Below, in pieces: positions 20,575 through 30,341 of a stretch of DNA of 64,000 nt (position 1 is the stretch's first letter; the number at the start of each line of letters is the position of its first letter). The position numbers were made by a program, and so were the translations under genes. The DNA is taken from NCBI GenBank assembly GCA_963708165.1, contig OY970187.1, positions 1,002,542 to 1,066,541 on the forward strand, in the 5' to 3' direction. The stretch is from Rubricoccaceae bacterium (GTDB lineage: Bacteria; Bacteroidota; Rhodothermia; Rhodothermales; Rubricoccaceae). The notes under the pieces are model-generated. The model worked only from the letters and a program-made list of their open reading frames with translations. It did not search any database and was not told where the DNA came from.

Positions 20575-20687
20575 GTCTCGGCGTTCGGTCGTGAGGTGGC
20601 AAGGTGCCCGCTGCGGGCGCCGGTGCCAAACGAAAAGCGCGCGCCTCTGGCGAGTTCTAAGTCTGAGTCCGCCTCTGGCGCCAGAGG

Positions 20688-22149
20688 CTATTGCGCGGCC
20701 AGCGCTTCGAGCCGCGCGACGAGATCACTCGCCCAGGTCTCGTGCTCGGGCTTCATCAGCACGCTGCGGAGGATGCGCGCGTGCGGGCGGTCGCGGGTGA
20801 TCTCGGGCGGGAAAGCCTCGGCGTCCACGCGGTAGAGGCTCAGGTAGACAGCCTCTGGCGACGCTCATCGCGCGGTCGAAGAGAGCGCCAGAGGCGGCGT
20901 CGATTTGGGACAGCGAGGCGCCCGTCGGGTAGTAGCCCACGATATCGAGCTCGGGCTCGCGCCAGAGGCGGAAGTCAGGTGAGGCGTCGATGCCTCTGGC
21001 GAAGGCACGGGCGGCGCGGAGCGTTGCGGCGAGGATGGGCCCCAGGCCGTCATGTGCCGCCAGAGGCAGCGCACGGAGGGTGAGCCAGAGCGCAGCCGCG
21101 GCGGCGCCCGGGCGGCTGCATTCCAGGCTGATCTCGCCCAGGTGCAGCGCGTCGGACGTGAAGTAGGTGTACGGCGAGTCGTGTCTGTAGAAGCGCCCGA
21201 CCGAGGGGTCGCGGAAGAGGACCGCGCCACATCCGTACGGCTGCAAGCCGTGCTTGTGCGGGTCCACGACGACCGAGTCGGCGCCCGAGATCGCGAGGAA
21301 GTCGTCACCCGGGAAACCCGCGAGGCCTCTGGCGCTAGAGGCCTCTGGCGACGATTCACCGTCTCCCCCGTTCGCCCCTCCTCTCTCTCCGCCAGAGGCC
21401 AGCAGCCGGAAGAAGCCGCCATACGCCGCGTCGATGTGTACGCGCACGCCGTGGCGGCGGCAGAGTGCGATACCCTCGCGAATGGGATCGACCACGCCCA
21501 GGCCGGTCGTACCGGCCGTCAGCACGACGGCGCTGACGGCGCCCCCCGCCAGAGGCTGCTCTAGCGCGCCCACGTCGATGCGTCCTCTGGCGTCCGCGGC
21601 GACCGTCACCACATCCAGGCCCAGCACGTGCGCCATGCGGGCGTGCGTGTAATGCGCGTCCTCGCCGACGGCGATGGCTTGCGGCGTGCCGTTCTCGCGA
21701 GCCAGTTCGCGGATGACGAACAGCGCTTCGAGGTTGGCGACCGTCCCGCCGCCGGTGAGGTGGCCCAGATGCTCAGCCGGGAAGCCAAACATCGCGGCGA
21801 GATCTGCCACGACCTCTTTTTCCATCTTGCCCGTCGCCGGGCCGCCGTCGAGCGCGTGGTTGTTGGGGTTGAGCCGCATCGCCGCGGCGTAGGCTGCCCA
21901 CGCGACCGGGTGCGGAGGCTTGAGCATCTGCCCAGCGTAGCGCGGGTGGAAAAACGGATAGATGCCGTCCTCCTCACCATCGGTCGGCGCGGTGAGGCGC
22001 GCGGTGAACTCGGCCACGGCGTCGTCCAGCCTCTGGCGCGGAACGGCCAGCGATGGATGCACCTCAAACGGACCGTGCTCGGCTTGCCACGCGTCGAGCG
22101 GGTTCAGGATCTGCGCGAGCAGCGCGCGCGGATCTACAGGTTCGCTCAT
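20688..22149 (-). CDS. PLP-dependent amino-acid decarboxylase family protein, frameshifted near 20861
   Basis: YPFFHPRYAGQMLKPPHP, GGTVANLEAL, HIDAAYGG, DPHKHG; the C-terminus VYLSLYR...RILRSVLMKPEHE lies in another frame. Confidence 0.8.
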
Positions 22150-23184
22150 GCCGCGCCAGAGGCTGGGGCCGCAGCGCCAGAGGCAGGGGAAGGCCGCGCC
22201 AGAGGCGGCTTTGGCGCCCGGCGTGTCAGCCTCTGGCGGGAACGTGATGCGGCGCGAGAGCAGCGCCACACCGATCACGCCCAGCGTGACGAGCCCGACT
22301 GAGATCCACTGCGACTGCGAGAGGCCCAGCGCCCAGACCTTGTTGGTGCGCATGAACTCGATCAGGAAGCGCTCGGCGCCGGTAAAGATGAGGTAGATCG
22401 AGAACAGCCAGCCCGCCTTGAACGGGTGCTTGCGCATGGCCCAGAGAATCCCGCCGAGCACGAACGCCGCGACGGTTTCGTAGAGCATCGTCGGGTACAC
22501 GCCGACCGCGCCCGGGATGTCACACGCAATCTCTCGCGCCTGAAGATTGAACGTCACGGGATCGCTGATACCGCCACCGAAGACGTAGGCGCGGGGGAAC
22601 GTCTCAGTCCAGAGGAAGCCAGGCATCCAGCCGGGCTTATCCGCGAGACTGGAGCACAGGCCCCAGTCGCCGTCGCCCGAGAGGTAGCACCCGATTCGGC
22701 CGATGCCGTAGGCCACCATGAGGCCCGGCGAGGCGGCATCCGAGAGGCGCGGCAGGTCGATCTTCTTGCGCCGCGCGAACCACCAGACCGCGAGCGTCGC
22801 CATGATGAGGCCGCCGTAGAAGGTGAGCCCCGCGCCGGAGAAGAGCACTCGCACCGGGTTCTGCACGAACTCGTCCCAGAAGTCGAAGATGTTGAACAGC
22901 TTCGAGCCCGCGATGCCCGCCACTACGCCAATGCCCATCAGCGTCCACACGTAGAACGACGGGCTCGTCGGGCCGGTCTTCTCGCGCCCCTTGGCGTCTT
23001 TGTACGTCGCGCGGACCGGTGCAATGAGGCCGCGGTTGTACAGCCGGTCCAGTTCCTCCTTCGTCAGCCACGCGGCGACGAGGAACGCTGTCGCGACCAT
23101 CAGCCCGAACGAGTTCAGGTTGAACGGGAACGGCCACGGGATTCCGAAAAAGTCCGGAAGCAGATCGGAGACGAACGGATACAT
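22150..23184 (-). CDS. lgt: Prolipoprotein diacylglyceryl transferase (no stop codon; in frame with the decarboxylase)
   Basis: GLTFYGG, GIGRIGCYLSGDGDWG, YPTMLYE, ERFLIEFMR. Confidence 0.9.
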
Positions 23185-23354
23185 GGTCTGGGCGCTGGGG
23201 GCGGCAAGATCGCACGCTGTCCCCTCCAACGGCGAGCGGGCCTCGGCTCACGCCTCGCGCGGCACGGGTCTTCACGCCAGAGGCCTCTGGCGAGGGCCGT
23301 CTTGCGCGGCGCATCGCGGGCAGAAGTGGAGCGGCGGACGCTAGCCGCCAGAGG

Positions 23355-24155
23355 CTACCTCCTCGGCTTCTCGAAGACGAGGATGTGCTGCTGCGGGAGC
23401 ACGTCGCGGTTTTCCACGAAGCGCCAGCCGTTGGCCTCGACTTCCTTGACGGCCTGCGCCTCAGTCATCGTGTGGAGGCGCTTGATGGGAATCGTCGGGT
23501 CCTCGCCGCGGTACTCCACGAGCACGAGTTGTCCGCCTGGCCGCGTGCCGCGGAGAATCCCCGCCAGCATTTCGCGCGGGTGCGAGAACTCGTGGTAGGC
23601 GTCCACGACCAGCGTGAGATCGACCGACTCGGGCTCTAGGCCGGGGTCCGAGACTGTGCCCATGACCGTTTCGACGTTGGTCGCGTTTTCGACCTCGGCG
23701 CGGCCCGCAACGATCTGCAGCATCTCGCGCTGAATGTCGACCGCGATCACTTTGCCCGTCGGCACCAGCGGCGCGAGACGAAAGGTGAAATAGCCTGTGC
23801 CCGCGCCCAGGTCTGCCACGACAGCGTCGGGTGCCAAGCCGAGCGCATCGACGAGAAGATCTGGGCGCTCCTGGCGCGCGCGGTCGGCGCGCTCTAGCCA
23901 CGCCGCGCCGCGGTGGCCCATGACGAGCGAGATCTCACGGCCCATGTAGAACCGTCCGGTGCCATCTCGCGAGGCTTCGCCCTCCTCGTAGAACACGCCA
24001 TCGCGGGCGGTGCTCTGAGAGCCTCTGGCGAGCGGCGATGTCTGAGTGGTTTCGGCGGGCGCCAGAGGCTTAGGCTCCGGCGAGTTCTGCGCCGAGCAGC
24101 CCAGCGCAGCGCCCGCGACCGCAAAGGCGGCGGCGAGCGCGAGGCGGGTCGTCAT
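23355..24155 (-). CDS. Exported class I SAM-dependent methyltransferase
   Basis: Lipoprotein-like N-terminus; YMGREIS.VMGH, VADLGAGTGYF, VDAYHEF. Confidence 0.88.
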   Translation of the reverse strand: MTTRLALAAAFAVAGAALGCSAQNSPEPKPLAPAETTQTSPLARGSQSTARDGVFYEEGEASRDGTGRFYMGREISLVMGHRGAAWLERADRARQERPDLLVDALGLAPDAVVADLGAGTGYFTFRLAPLVPTGKVIAVDIQREMLQIVAGRAEVENATNVETVMGTVSDPGLEPESVDLTLVVDAYHEFSHPREMLAGILRGTRPGGQLVLVEYRGEDPTIPIKRLHTMTEAQAVKEVEANGWRFVENRDVLPQQHILVFEKPRR

Positions 24156-24357
24156 GGATGTGCGAGGGGTGTGCACGGTCGAGACGCGGCGGGCCGCGGG
24201 GAAGTCACACCTGCAACGTACGGACAGGCCCCGGGGTGCCCAACGGCCTCTGGCGCGGGAGTGCTCACCAAAGGCCGTCGGGCTGCTCTGAGAACGCTTG
24301 GCGAGGCGCATCTGCCATGTGATGGTATGCTTTCGGTCTCGCCAGAGGCCTCTGGCG

Positions 24358-25257
24358 CTAGGCGTTCGGCCGCGCCATGGGCACGGGGCGCTCGATGGAC
24401 TGCGGGAACGGCAGTCCGCCGGTTCCATCCGGCACGGCGTAGGGCTCGCGAAGCTCGACGGGCTCCGGTGGGTTGTTCTTGCGCTTGGAGCGGATGTTCA
24501 AGAACTCGACGATGAGCGAAAACGCCATCGCGGTGTAGATGTAGCCCTTCGAGACGTGCTGATCCAGGCCTTCCGCCACGAGCGTAACGCCGATGAGGAT
24601 CAGGAACGCGAGCGCGAGCATTTTCACCGTCGGGTGCTTGTGCACGAAGTTGGAAATGGGCGTCGCGAAGATCATCATCGCGCCGACCGCGATGACGACC
24701 GCGATAATCATCACCATGATCTCGTCTGCCATGCCGACGGCTGTGATGACGGAGTCGAGCGAGAACACGAGGTCCAGAATTGCGATCTGAACCAGCACGC
24801 TCGCAAACGAGACCACCTGTTTCTTCTCCTGCGACGAGTGACCATCGCCTTCCAGCTTGTTGTGGATCTCGTGGGTGCTCTTGCCGATCAGGAAGAAGCC
24901 GCCGAGCAGCAAGATCAGGTCGCGACCTGTAATCGCGCCCGGTGAGCCCTCAGGCGGCACGCCGCCATGCCCCGCGCCTCTGGCGCCCTCGCCAAAGCCG
25001 ATGAGCGTGTCCAAAAAGGGAAGCTCGAAGAGGGTGCTCGTAAGACCCATGACCCAGGAGAGCGAGAGCAGCAGCAAGATGCGCATGCCCATCGCGAGGC
25101 CCAGGCCGATTGTCCGCCCGCGTGCTTGCTGCTCCTCTGGCAACTTGCCGGTCAGGATCGAGATAAAGATGATGTTGTCGATCCCGAGGACGACTTCGAG
25201 CAGCGTGAGCGTGCCGAGGGCCACCCATGCGTTGGGGTCGGCGATCCAGTCAAACAT
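24358..25257 (-). CDS. TerC family membrane protein
   Basis: LEVVLGIDNIIFI, DLVFSLDSVITAVG, KGYIYTAMAFS. Confidence 0.93.
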   Translation of the reverse strand: MFDWIADPNAWVALGTLTLLEVVLGIDNIIFISILTGKLPEEQQARGRTIGLGLAMGMRILLLLSLSWVMGLTSTLFELPFLDTLIGFGEGARGAGHGGVPPEGSPGAITGRDLILLLGGFFLIGKSTHEIHNKLEGDGHSSQEKKQVVSFASVLVQIAILDLVFSLDSVITAVGMADEIMVMIIAVVIAVGAMMIFATPISNFVHKHPTVKMLALAFLILIGVTLVAEGLDQHVSKGYIYTAMAFSLIVEFLNIRSKRKNNPPEPVELREPYAVPDGTGGLPFPQSIERPVPMARPNA

Positions 25258-25426
25258 GCGAGGGGCGGTGGAGAGAGGAGCCGGAATCTAGCCCGCGAGG
25301 CCTTGCAGACTGCGCCCGAGGCCCGCAGGCTTGCATTCAGGGGGATCCCCTGAGGCAGATGCGCCGCGCTTTCGCCTCTGGCGCCAGAGGCACGGGCGAT
25401 CTTGCGTGCTCACCCACGCCCATGCC

Positions 25427-26596
25427 GTGCTCGTCTCTGCCCTGCTGGCGGCCCTCGCCGTCGCCTACGCCGTGTTCGTCGGCGGGTGTGCGTGGCGCAT
25501 TCGGAGGGATTGTGGCGACGACTCTGATGAGGCCTCTGGCGCTGGCGAGCACCGCGGGGCGCCAGAGGCGCAGGACGACGTGCCACACGTCGCCGTTTTG
25601 GTCGCCGCGCGCGACGAGGAGGCCGTGATCGCGAGGTGCCTGCAGGCACTTCTCGCGCAGGACTACCCCGCCGACCGCCTCCAGATCGTCGTTGCCGACG
25701 ACCACTCAGGCGACCGCACGGCCGAGATTGTGCGCCGCGCTGCGGATCGCGACGCTCGGGCGCCAGAGGCCTCTGGCGGCGCGCGCGTGCGGCTCGTTTC
25801 CGTGCCCGGCTCCACCGGCCCGCTCGTCGGCAAGCCCCTCGCGATCCACGCGGCCGTCCAGGCCACGACTGCTCCCGTTTTGCTCGTCACCGACGCCGAC
25901 TGCGCTCCGCCTCCGACGTGGGTGCGCGGCCTCGTCGCCTCGCTGGGCCCCGACGTAGGGCTCACGGGTGGCCTCACGCTTATGGAGGCAGAGACGCCAT
26001 TCGGCCACGCGCAGTCGTTGGACTGGAGCTACCTCCTCGGCGTCGCAAGCGCGCTCACCGAGGCGGGATTTCCCGCGACGGCGATGGGCAACAACCTCGC
26101 GTTCCGGCGCGAGGCGTACGAGTCCGTCGGCGGCTATCCCGGCCTTCCGTTCTCCGTCACCGAGGACTTCGCGCTGTTCAAGGCCATCGCAGACGGCAGC
26201 CTCTGGCGCGTGCGCTTTCCGCTCCGCGCGAGCACACTCGTGCGCACGCTGCCCGCCCGCTCTTTGGCGCACGCCTACCGCCAGAGGCGGCGCTGGGCAC
26301 GAGGCGGGATGCGCGCCGGTCCTACGCTCTGGGCAGCATATGTACTCGCGCATCTCGCGCACCTGCTGCCGCTCGCGGGTTTGCTTCTGGCGCCACAGGC
26401 CGCGCTCGTGACGCTCGCCGTCAAGCTCGGAGCGGATGCTGCACTTGTGTCCTCGGTACGTAAGCGGGTGGGTGCAGAGAAGCTCCGCCCTCTCCCGTTC
26501 GCTCTCTTCGAAGGGTTTCTGTTTCTGTACATGACCACTCTGCCTCTGGCGCTGCTTCTCGCACCGAGGATTCGCTGGAAAGGGCGGGTGCACTAG
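25427..26596 (+). CDS. Glycosyltransferase family 2
   Basis: VAARDEE, DDHSGD, TDADC, TEDF, QRRRW; start approximate. Confidence 0.9.
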   Translation: MLVSALLAALAVAYAVFVGGCAWRIRRDCGDDSDEASGAGEHRGAPEAQDDVPHVAVLVAARDEEAVIARCLQALLAQDYPADRLQIVVADDHSGDRTAEIVRRAADRDARAPEASGGARVRLVSVPGSTGPLVGKPLAIHAAVQATTAPVLLVTDADCAPPPTWVRGLVASLGPDVGLTGGLTLMEAETPFGHAQSLDWSYLLGVASALTEAGFPATAMGNNLAFRREAYESVGGYPGLPFSVTEDFALFKAIADGSLWRVRFPLRASTLVRTLPARSLAHAYRQRRRWARGGMRAGPTLWAAYVLAHLAHLLPLAGLLLAPQAALVTLAVKLGADAALVSSVRKRVGAEKLRPLPFALFEGFLFLYMTTLPLALLLAPRIRWKGRVH

Positions 26597-26637
26597 TCGC
26601 GCCCGCAAGCGACTAAGCTTCCAACGTATAGGACACA

Positions 26638-26760
26638 CCGTTTCTGCATTCCCCTTGTGAAGGCGCGGAGCCCTAGCGAATGCGTCACCGGTTTCTTATA
26701 AGCGCTTAGAGCACTGTGGCGGATGAGCTTCGCTAGGGCGCGCCCGGCAACGCAGACAGG
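26638..26760 (-). ncRNA. Candidate structured RNA (long rod-like hairpin)
   Basis: Nested complementary arms incl. CCCTAGCGAA/TTCGCTAGGG and GGCGCG/CGCGCC; G-U pairs favour the minus strand. Confidence 0.4.
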
Positions 26761-26880
26761 CCGGCTAGGCACGATCTGACTCTGGACTGCTCTACCCGCA
26801 TCCTATTCCGAAACAGGGTCGTAGCTTACTGGACAACGGCCCGTCACAGGGCACTTGATATTGACCTCCCTTCTTGATCC

Positions 26881-27393
26881 ATGCCCCGCGCGAAAGGCGT
26901 TATCCGGATCGACTCCGACTCCACACATGGCTGGCAGGTCCGGGTCTACCGGCACGGCAAGACCTACTCCAAGCTGTTCTCAGACCGCAAGCACAGCGGG
27001 CGCGACGAGTCGTTCGATGCCGCTGTGGCATACCGCGAGGAACTCGAAGCCGAAGTCGCAGCGTTGCCCGAGGCAGCACCGCGGCGGCGACTCATTCGCC
27101 ACAACAAGAACAACTCGACGGGCGTCGTCGGCATCTCGCGCACGTACAAGCGCGACCGCCGCGGCATTAAGCACGAGGTGTACGCCGTCTCGTGGAATCC
27201 TGAGCCCGGCACCGCCAGAGGCACATCGTTCTCCATCAAGCGCTACGGCGAAGACACGGCGTTCCGGCTCGCGTGCGAGCTGCGTTGGAACAAGATGAAA
27301 GAGATCTACGGCGAGCGCTACGACGTGCCGAGCTACCTCGATCTCTACCGCCAGAAGGCGAGCGTCGACGCGAAGCAGAAGGAACGAGCATAG
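26881..27393 (+). CDS. Stand-alone tandem AP2-domain DNA-binding protein
   Basis: Two repeats of G(V/I)xR...W/Y.V....F..RK.G...AF..A...R, joined by an NxTGVVGI linker. Confidence 0.75.
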   Translation: MPRAKGVIRIDSDSTHGWQVRVYRHGKTYSKLFSDRKHSGRDESFDAAVAYREELEAEVAALPEAAPRRRLIRHNKNNSTGVVGISRTYKRDRRGIKHEVYAVSWNPEPGTARGTSFSIKRYGEDTAFRLACELRWNKMKEIYGERYDVPSYLDLYRQKASVDAKQKERA

Positions 27394-27470
27394 ACAGCCT
27401 CTGGCGTCCACGCTGGGCGCCGCCTGGCACGCCAGAGGCTGCGCGCGTGCCACCCTGCCAGACACGTACA

Positions 27471-27506
27471 CAAACGCCCCGCCCGGTAAACCGAGCGAGG
27501 CGTTTG
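27471..27506. terminator. Bidirectional hairpin between AP2 gene and rplQ
   Basis: CAAACGCC...GGCGTTTG stem between convergent genes. Confidence 0.55.
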
Positions 27507-27530
27507 CTACGACAGTGAACGTCGGGAGGC

Positions 27531-28277
27531 TTAGCGGTTGTCCGCGCTGCGCCCCTGGTTCTCGGCCTGAGCCTCTGGCGGAGGCTCGCCTGTTCCTGCG
27601 GCGGCGCCCTGCTCCGAATCGCCGTGCGCGGCGTCCGGTCCGGGTGCGACCTGCGGGTTGCCGGTCGCGTCCGGGTTGGCAGAATCCGAAGCGACGGCTT
27701 CCGCCTCCTGCTGCTCAAGAGCCTCAGGTGCGGGGGTGGCGTCTGCCGAAGCCTCTGGCGAGGTCTCGGGAGCGTCGGGCGTCTCGGTCTCGCCAGAGGC
27801 GGCCTCTGGTGTCTCCGTTGCGGGAGTAGCAGCGGCCGCGACGGCAGAGTCACCAGAACTACGGCGGGACGAACGGCGCGTCTTGCGCTTCGTGCCTCCG
27901 GTGCCTTCGGGCTTGACGTTGTTGAAGTCCACGAGTTCGATAACCGCCATCTCGGCAGCATCGCCGCCTCGCTGACCCAGCTTAACGATCCGCGTGTAGC
28001 CGCCGGGGCGACCGTCGACCGCCTCAGCGATCTCGCCGAAGAGGGTCTTTACAGCTTCCTTGTCCTGCAGCTTGCGAAACGCCTGACGACGGCTCGCGGT
28101 GGAGCTGTCCTGGGCGCGGTGGATGATGGGCTCCACGAACGGGCGGAGGGCCTTCGCTTTCGCGAGGGTGGTCTCGATCCGCTTGTGGGTGATGAGCGCG
28201 GTGGAGAGCGACTGAAGTGTCGCTTTCCGGTGGGACGCATTCCGCCCAATCCGCTTTTTCTTGTTTCCGTGTCGCAT
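27531..28277 (-). CDS. rplQ: 50S ribosomal protein bL17 with long acidic C-terminal tail
   Basis: MRHG...HRKA, IETTLAKAK, RPGGYTRIVK. Confidence 0.96.
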   Translation of the reverse strand: MRHGNKKKRIGRNASHRKATLQSLSTALITHKRIETTLAKAKALRPFVEPIIHRAQDSSTASRRQAFRKLQDKEAVKTLFGEIAEAVDGRPGGYTRIVKLGQRGGDAAEMAVIELVDFNNVKPEGTGGTKRKTRRSSRRSSGDSAVAAAATPATETPEAASGETETPDAPETSPEASADATPAPEALEQQEAEAVASDSANPDATGNPQVAPGPDAAHGDSEQGAAAGTGEPPPEAQAENQGRSADNR

Positions 28278-28349
28278 ATCAGTGTCTGGTTGTCGGTTTT
28301 CGGTCGTCGGCCTCTGGCGGCAGCGCCAGAGGCCAAGAACCAACAACCG

Positions 28350-29330
28350 CTAGGCGGGCTGTTCGGCGTAACGCCCGACCTCCATGCCGAAGCGGAGGCC
28401 GCGCTCATCGAGGACCTGCACGAGCTCTTGCAAGCTCTTGCGTCCGAAGTTGCGGAACTTGAGCATCTCGCTCTCCTCCCGGCCGACGAGGTCGCCGATG
28501 GTCTTGATGGAAGCGGCACGCAGGCAGTTCTGCGCGCGGACGGAGAGGTCGAGATCGTCGACGGACTGGTGGAGGATGGCGCGAACGCGCTGCACCTCAG
28601 CATCCACTTCTGTCGTCTCCTCGGTCTCCTCGGGAGCTGTATCGACCTCGACGAAGAGGCCGATGTGATCCCGCAAGATCGCAGCCGCTTCTGTGAGGGC
28701 GTCCTCTGGCGTGATAGAGCCGTCGGTGTTGATCTCCATCGTCAGCCGCTCGAAATCCAGGTTGTCGCCGACGCGGGTAGGCGTCACGTCGTACTTGACG
28801 TTGAGGATGGGCGTGAAGATGGAATCCACCGCGACAACGCCGATGGGGTCGTCGGCGCGCTTGTTCTCCTCGGCGGGGATGTAGCCGCGGCCCTGTCCGA
28901 TCCGAAGATCGACCCGGACTTCAGCGTCCTCTGCGAGGTGCGCGATGTGGTGGTCCGGGTTGAGGATGTCGAAGTCCGCCGTAGCGTCTGCGATGTCCTT
29001 CGCCGTCCACGTGCCGGGGCCTTCGAGAAGGATCGAGATGGTGCCCTCGTCCTCTTCGTGCGCGCGCAAGCGCACGCCCTTGAGGTTGAGTATCACGTCA
29101 GAGATGTCCTCGGTCATGCCGGGGACGGTCGAAAACTCGTGCTGAACGCCGTCGAGCTTGAGCGCCGTGATGGCGGTGCCACCGAGGCTGGAGAGGAGCA
29201 CGCGGCGGAACGCGTTGCCGATCGTGAGACCGAAGCCGCGTTCGAGCGGCTGGACGACAAACCGCCCGTACGTGTCGCTCATTTCCTCGACCTGGACGCC
29301 GTCGGGCATCTGGAGCTGGATCGTAACCAT
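28350..29330 (-). CDS. rpoA: RNA polymerase alpha subunit
   Basis: PLERGFGLTIGNAFRRVLLSSL, LSVRAQNCL, NFGRKSL. Confidence 0.98.
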   Translation of the reverse strand: MVTIQLQMPDGVQVEEMSDTYGRFVVQPLERGFGLTIGNAFRRVLLSSLGGTAITALKLDGVQHEFSTVPGMTEDISDVILNLKGVRLRAHEEDEGTISILLEGPGTWTAKDIADATADFDILNPDHHIAHLAEDAEVRVDLRIGQGRGYIPAEENKRADDPIGVVAVDSIFTPILNVKYDVTPTRVGDNLDFERLTMEINTDGSITPEDALTEAAAILRDHIGLFVEVDTAPEETEETTEVDAEVQRVRAILHQSVDDLDLSVRAQNCLRAASIKTIGDLVGREESEMLKFRNFGRKSLQELVQVLDERGLRFGMEVGRYAEQPA

Positions 29331-29465
29331 GCTTGTAGGTAGGGGGTGTTGTGTGTGAGAGCGAGCCGCCAGAGGCTCGTGGGGCGCGAAGCCCGAGAGC
29401 GCACGCCTCTGGCGCCAGAGGCGCGAGGGGCGTGGCTGCGTGAGGCAGCCGCTGGCGGCGGCGGT

Positions 29466-30068
29466 TTACTTGGAGTAGAGCTCGACGATGAGCTGCTCCC
29501 GGATGTTTTCCGGGATGTCCTCGCGCTCCGGGTAGTCCAGGAACTTGCCGACGAGGCGGTTCCGGTCGACTTCCAGGAAGGGGAACGTCCGGCGGTTGCG
29601 CTCGGCCGATTCCTTGACCATCTCCAGGTTCTTGGACTTGGGACGGACCTCGACGATGTCGCCGGGGCGGAGCAGGTGGCTCGGGATACCGGAGATGCGG
29701 TCGTTGACCATCACGTGCCCGTGGGCGACGAGCTGGCGAGCCTGACGGCGCGTGCGTGCAAAGCCGAGGCGGAAGACGACGTTGTCCAGGCGCGACTCGA
29801 GGAACTTCAGCAGGTTCTCTCCGGTGACGCCCTTCTTGCGGGCGGCTTTCTCAAAGAGGTTGCGGAATTGCTTCTCGAGCAGGCCGTAGGTGTACTTCAC
29901 CTTCTGCTTCTCAGCGAGCTGCACGGAGTACTCAGACTCCTTGCGGCGGCGTGCGTTGCCGTGCTGGCCAGGACGGTAGGGTTTGCGCTCCAGCGCCTTG
30001 GAAGGGCCGAAGATGGGCTCGCCGAATCGACGGGCGAGCTTCTGTTTGGGTCCGCGATAACGGGCCAT
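29466..30068 (-). CDS. rpsD: 30S ribosomal protein uS4
   Basis: MARYRGP, PGQHG, LESRLDNVVFR, IVELYSK. Confidence 0.98.
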   Translation of the reverse strand: MARYRGPKQKLARRFGEPIFGPSKALERKPYRPGQHGNARRRKESEYSVQLAEKQKVKYTYGLLEKQFRNLFEKAARKKGVTGENLLKFLESRLDNVVFRLGFARTRRQARQLVAHGHVMVNDRISGIPSHLLRPGDIVEVRPKSKNLEMVKESAERNRRTFPFLEVDRNRLVGKFLDYPEREDIPENIREQLIVELYSK

Positions 30069-30341
30069 GAGCTATGGGGGGCTTCGTTGGAAAAAAACGT
30101 TGCGACTGCCCAGCGGGGAGCCTCGCAGGAGCCTCTGGCGTGCGCCGCGCCAGAGGCGGGCGTTTGCCGTAGTCTCCGCTCCCGACCGGCCTCTGGCGGC
30201 GCGGCGTGAACCGCGCCAGAGGCAAGTCAGCAATCGCGGCCGGGCTTTTAGAGCCTTCGCGCTACGCGCTCGGCGGGATGAGGCAAGCGGAATGAGAAAA
30301 GAGGGAATGCCCCTTAACCCTATCCCCTTGCCTCTTCCCAC

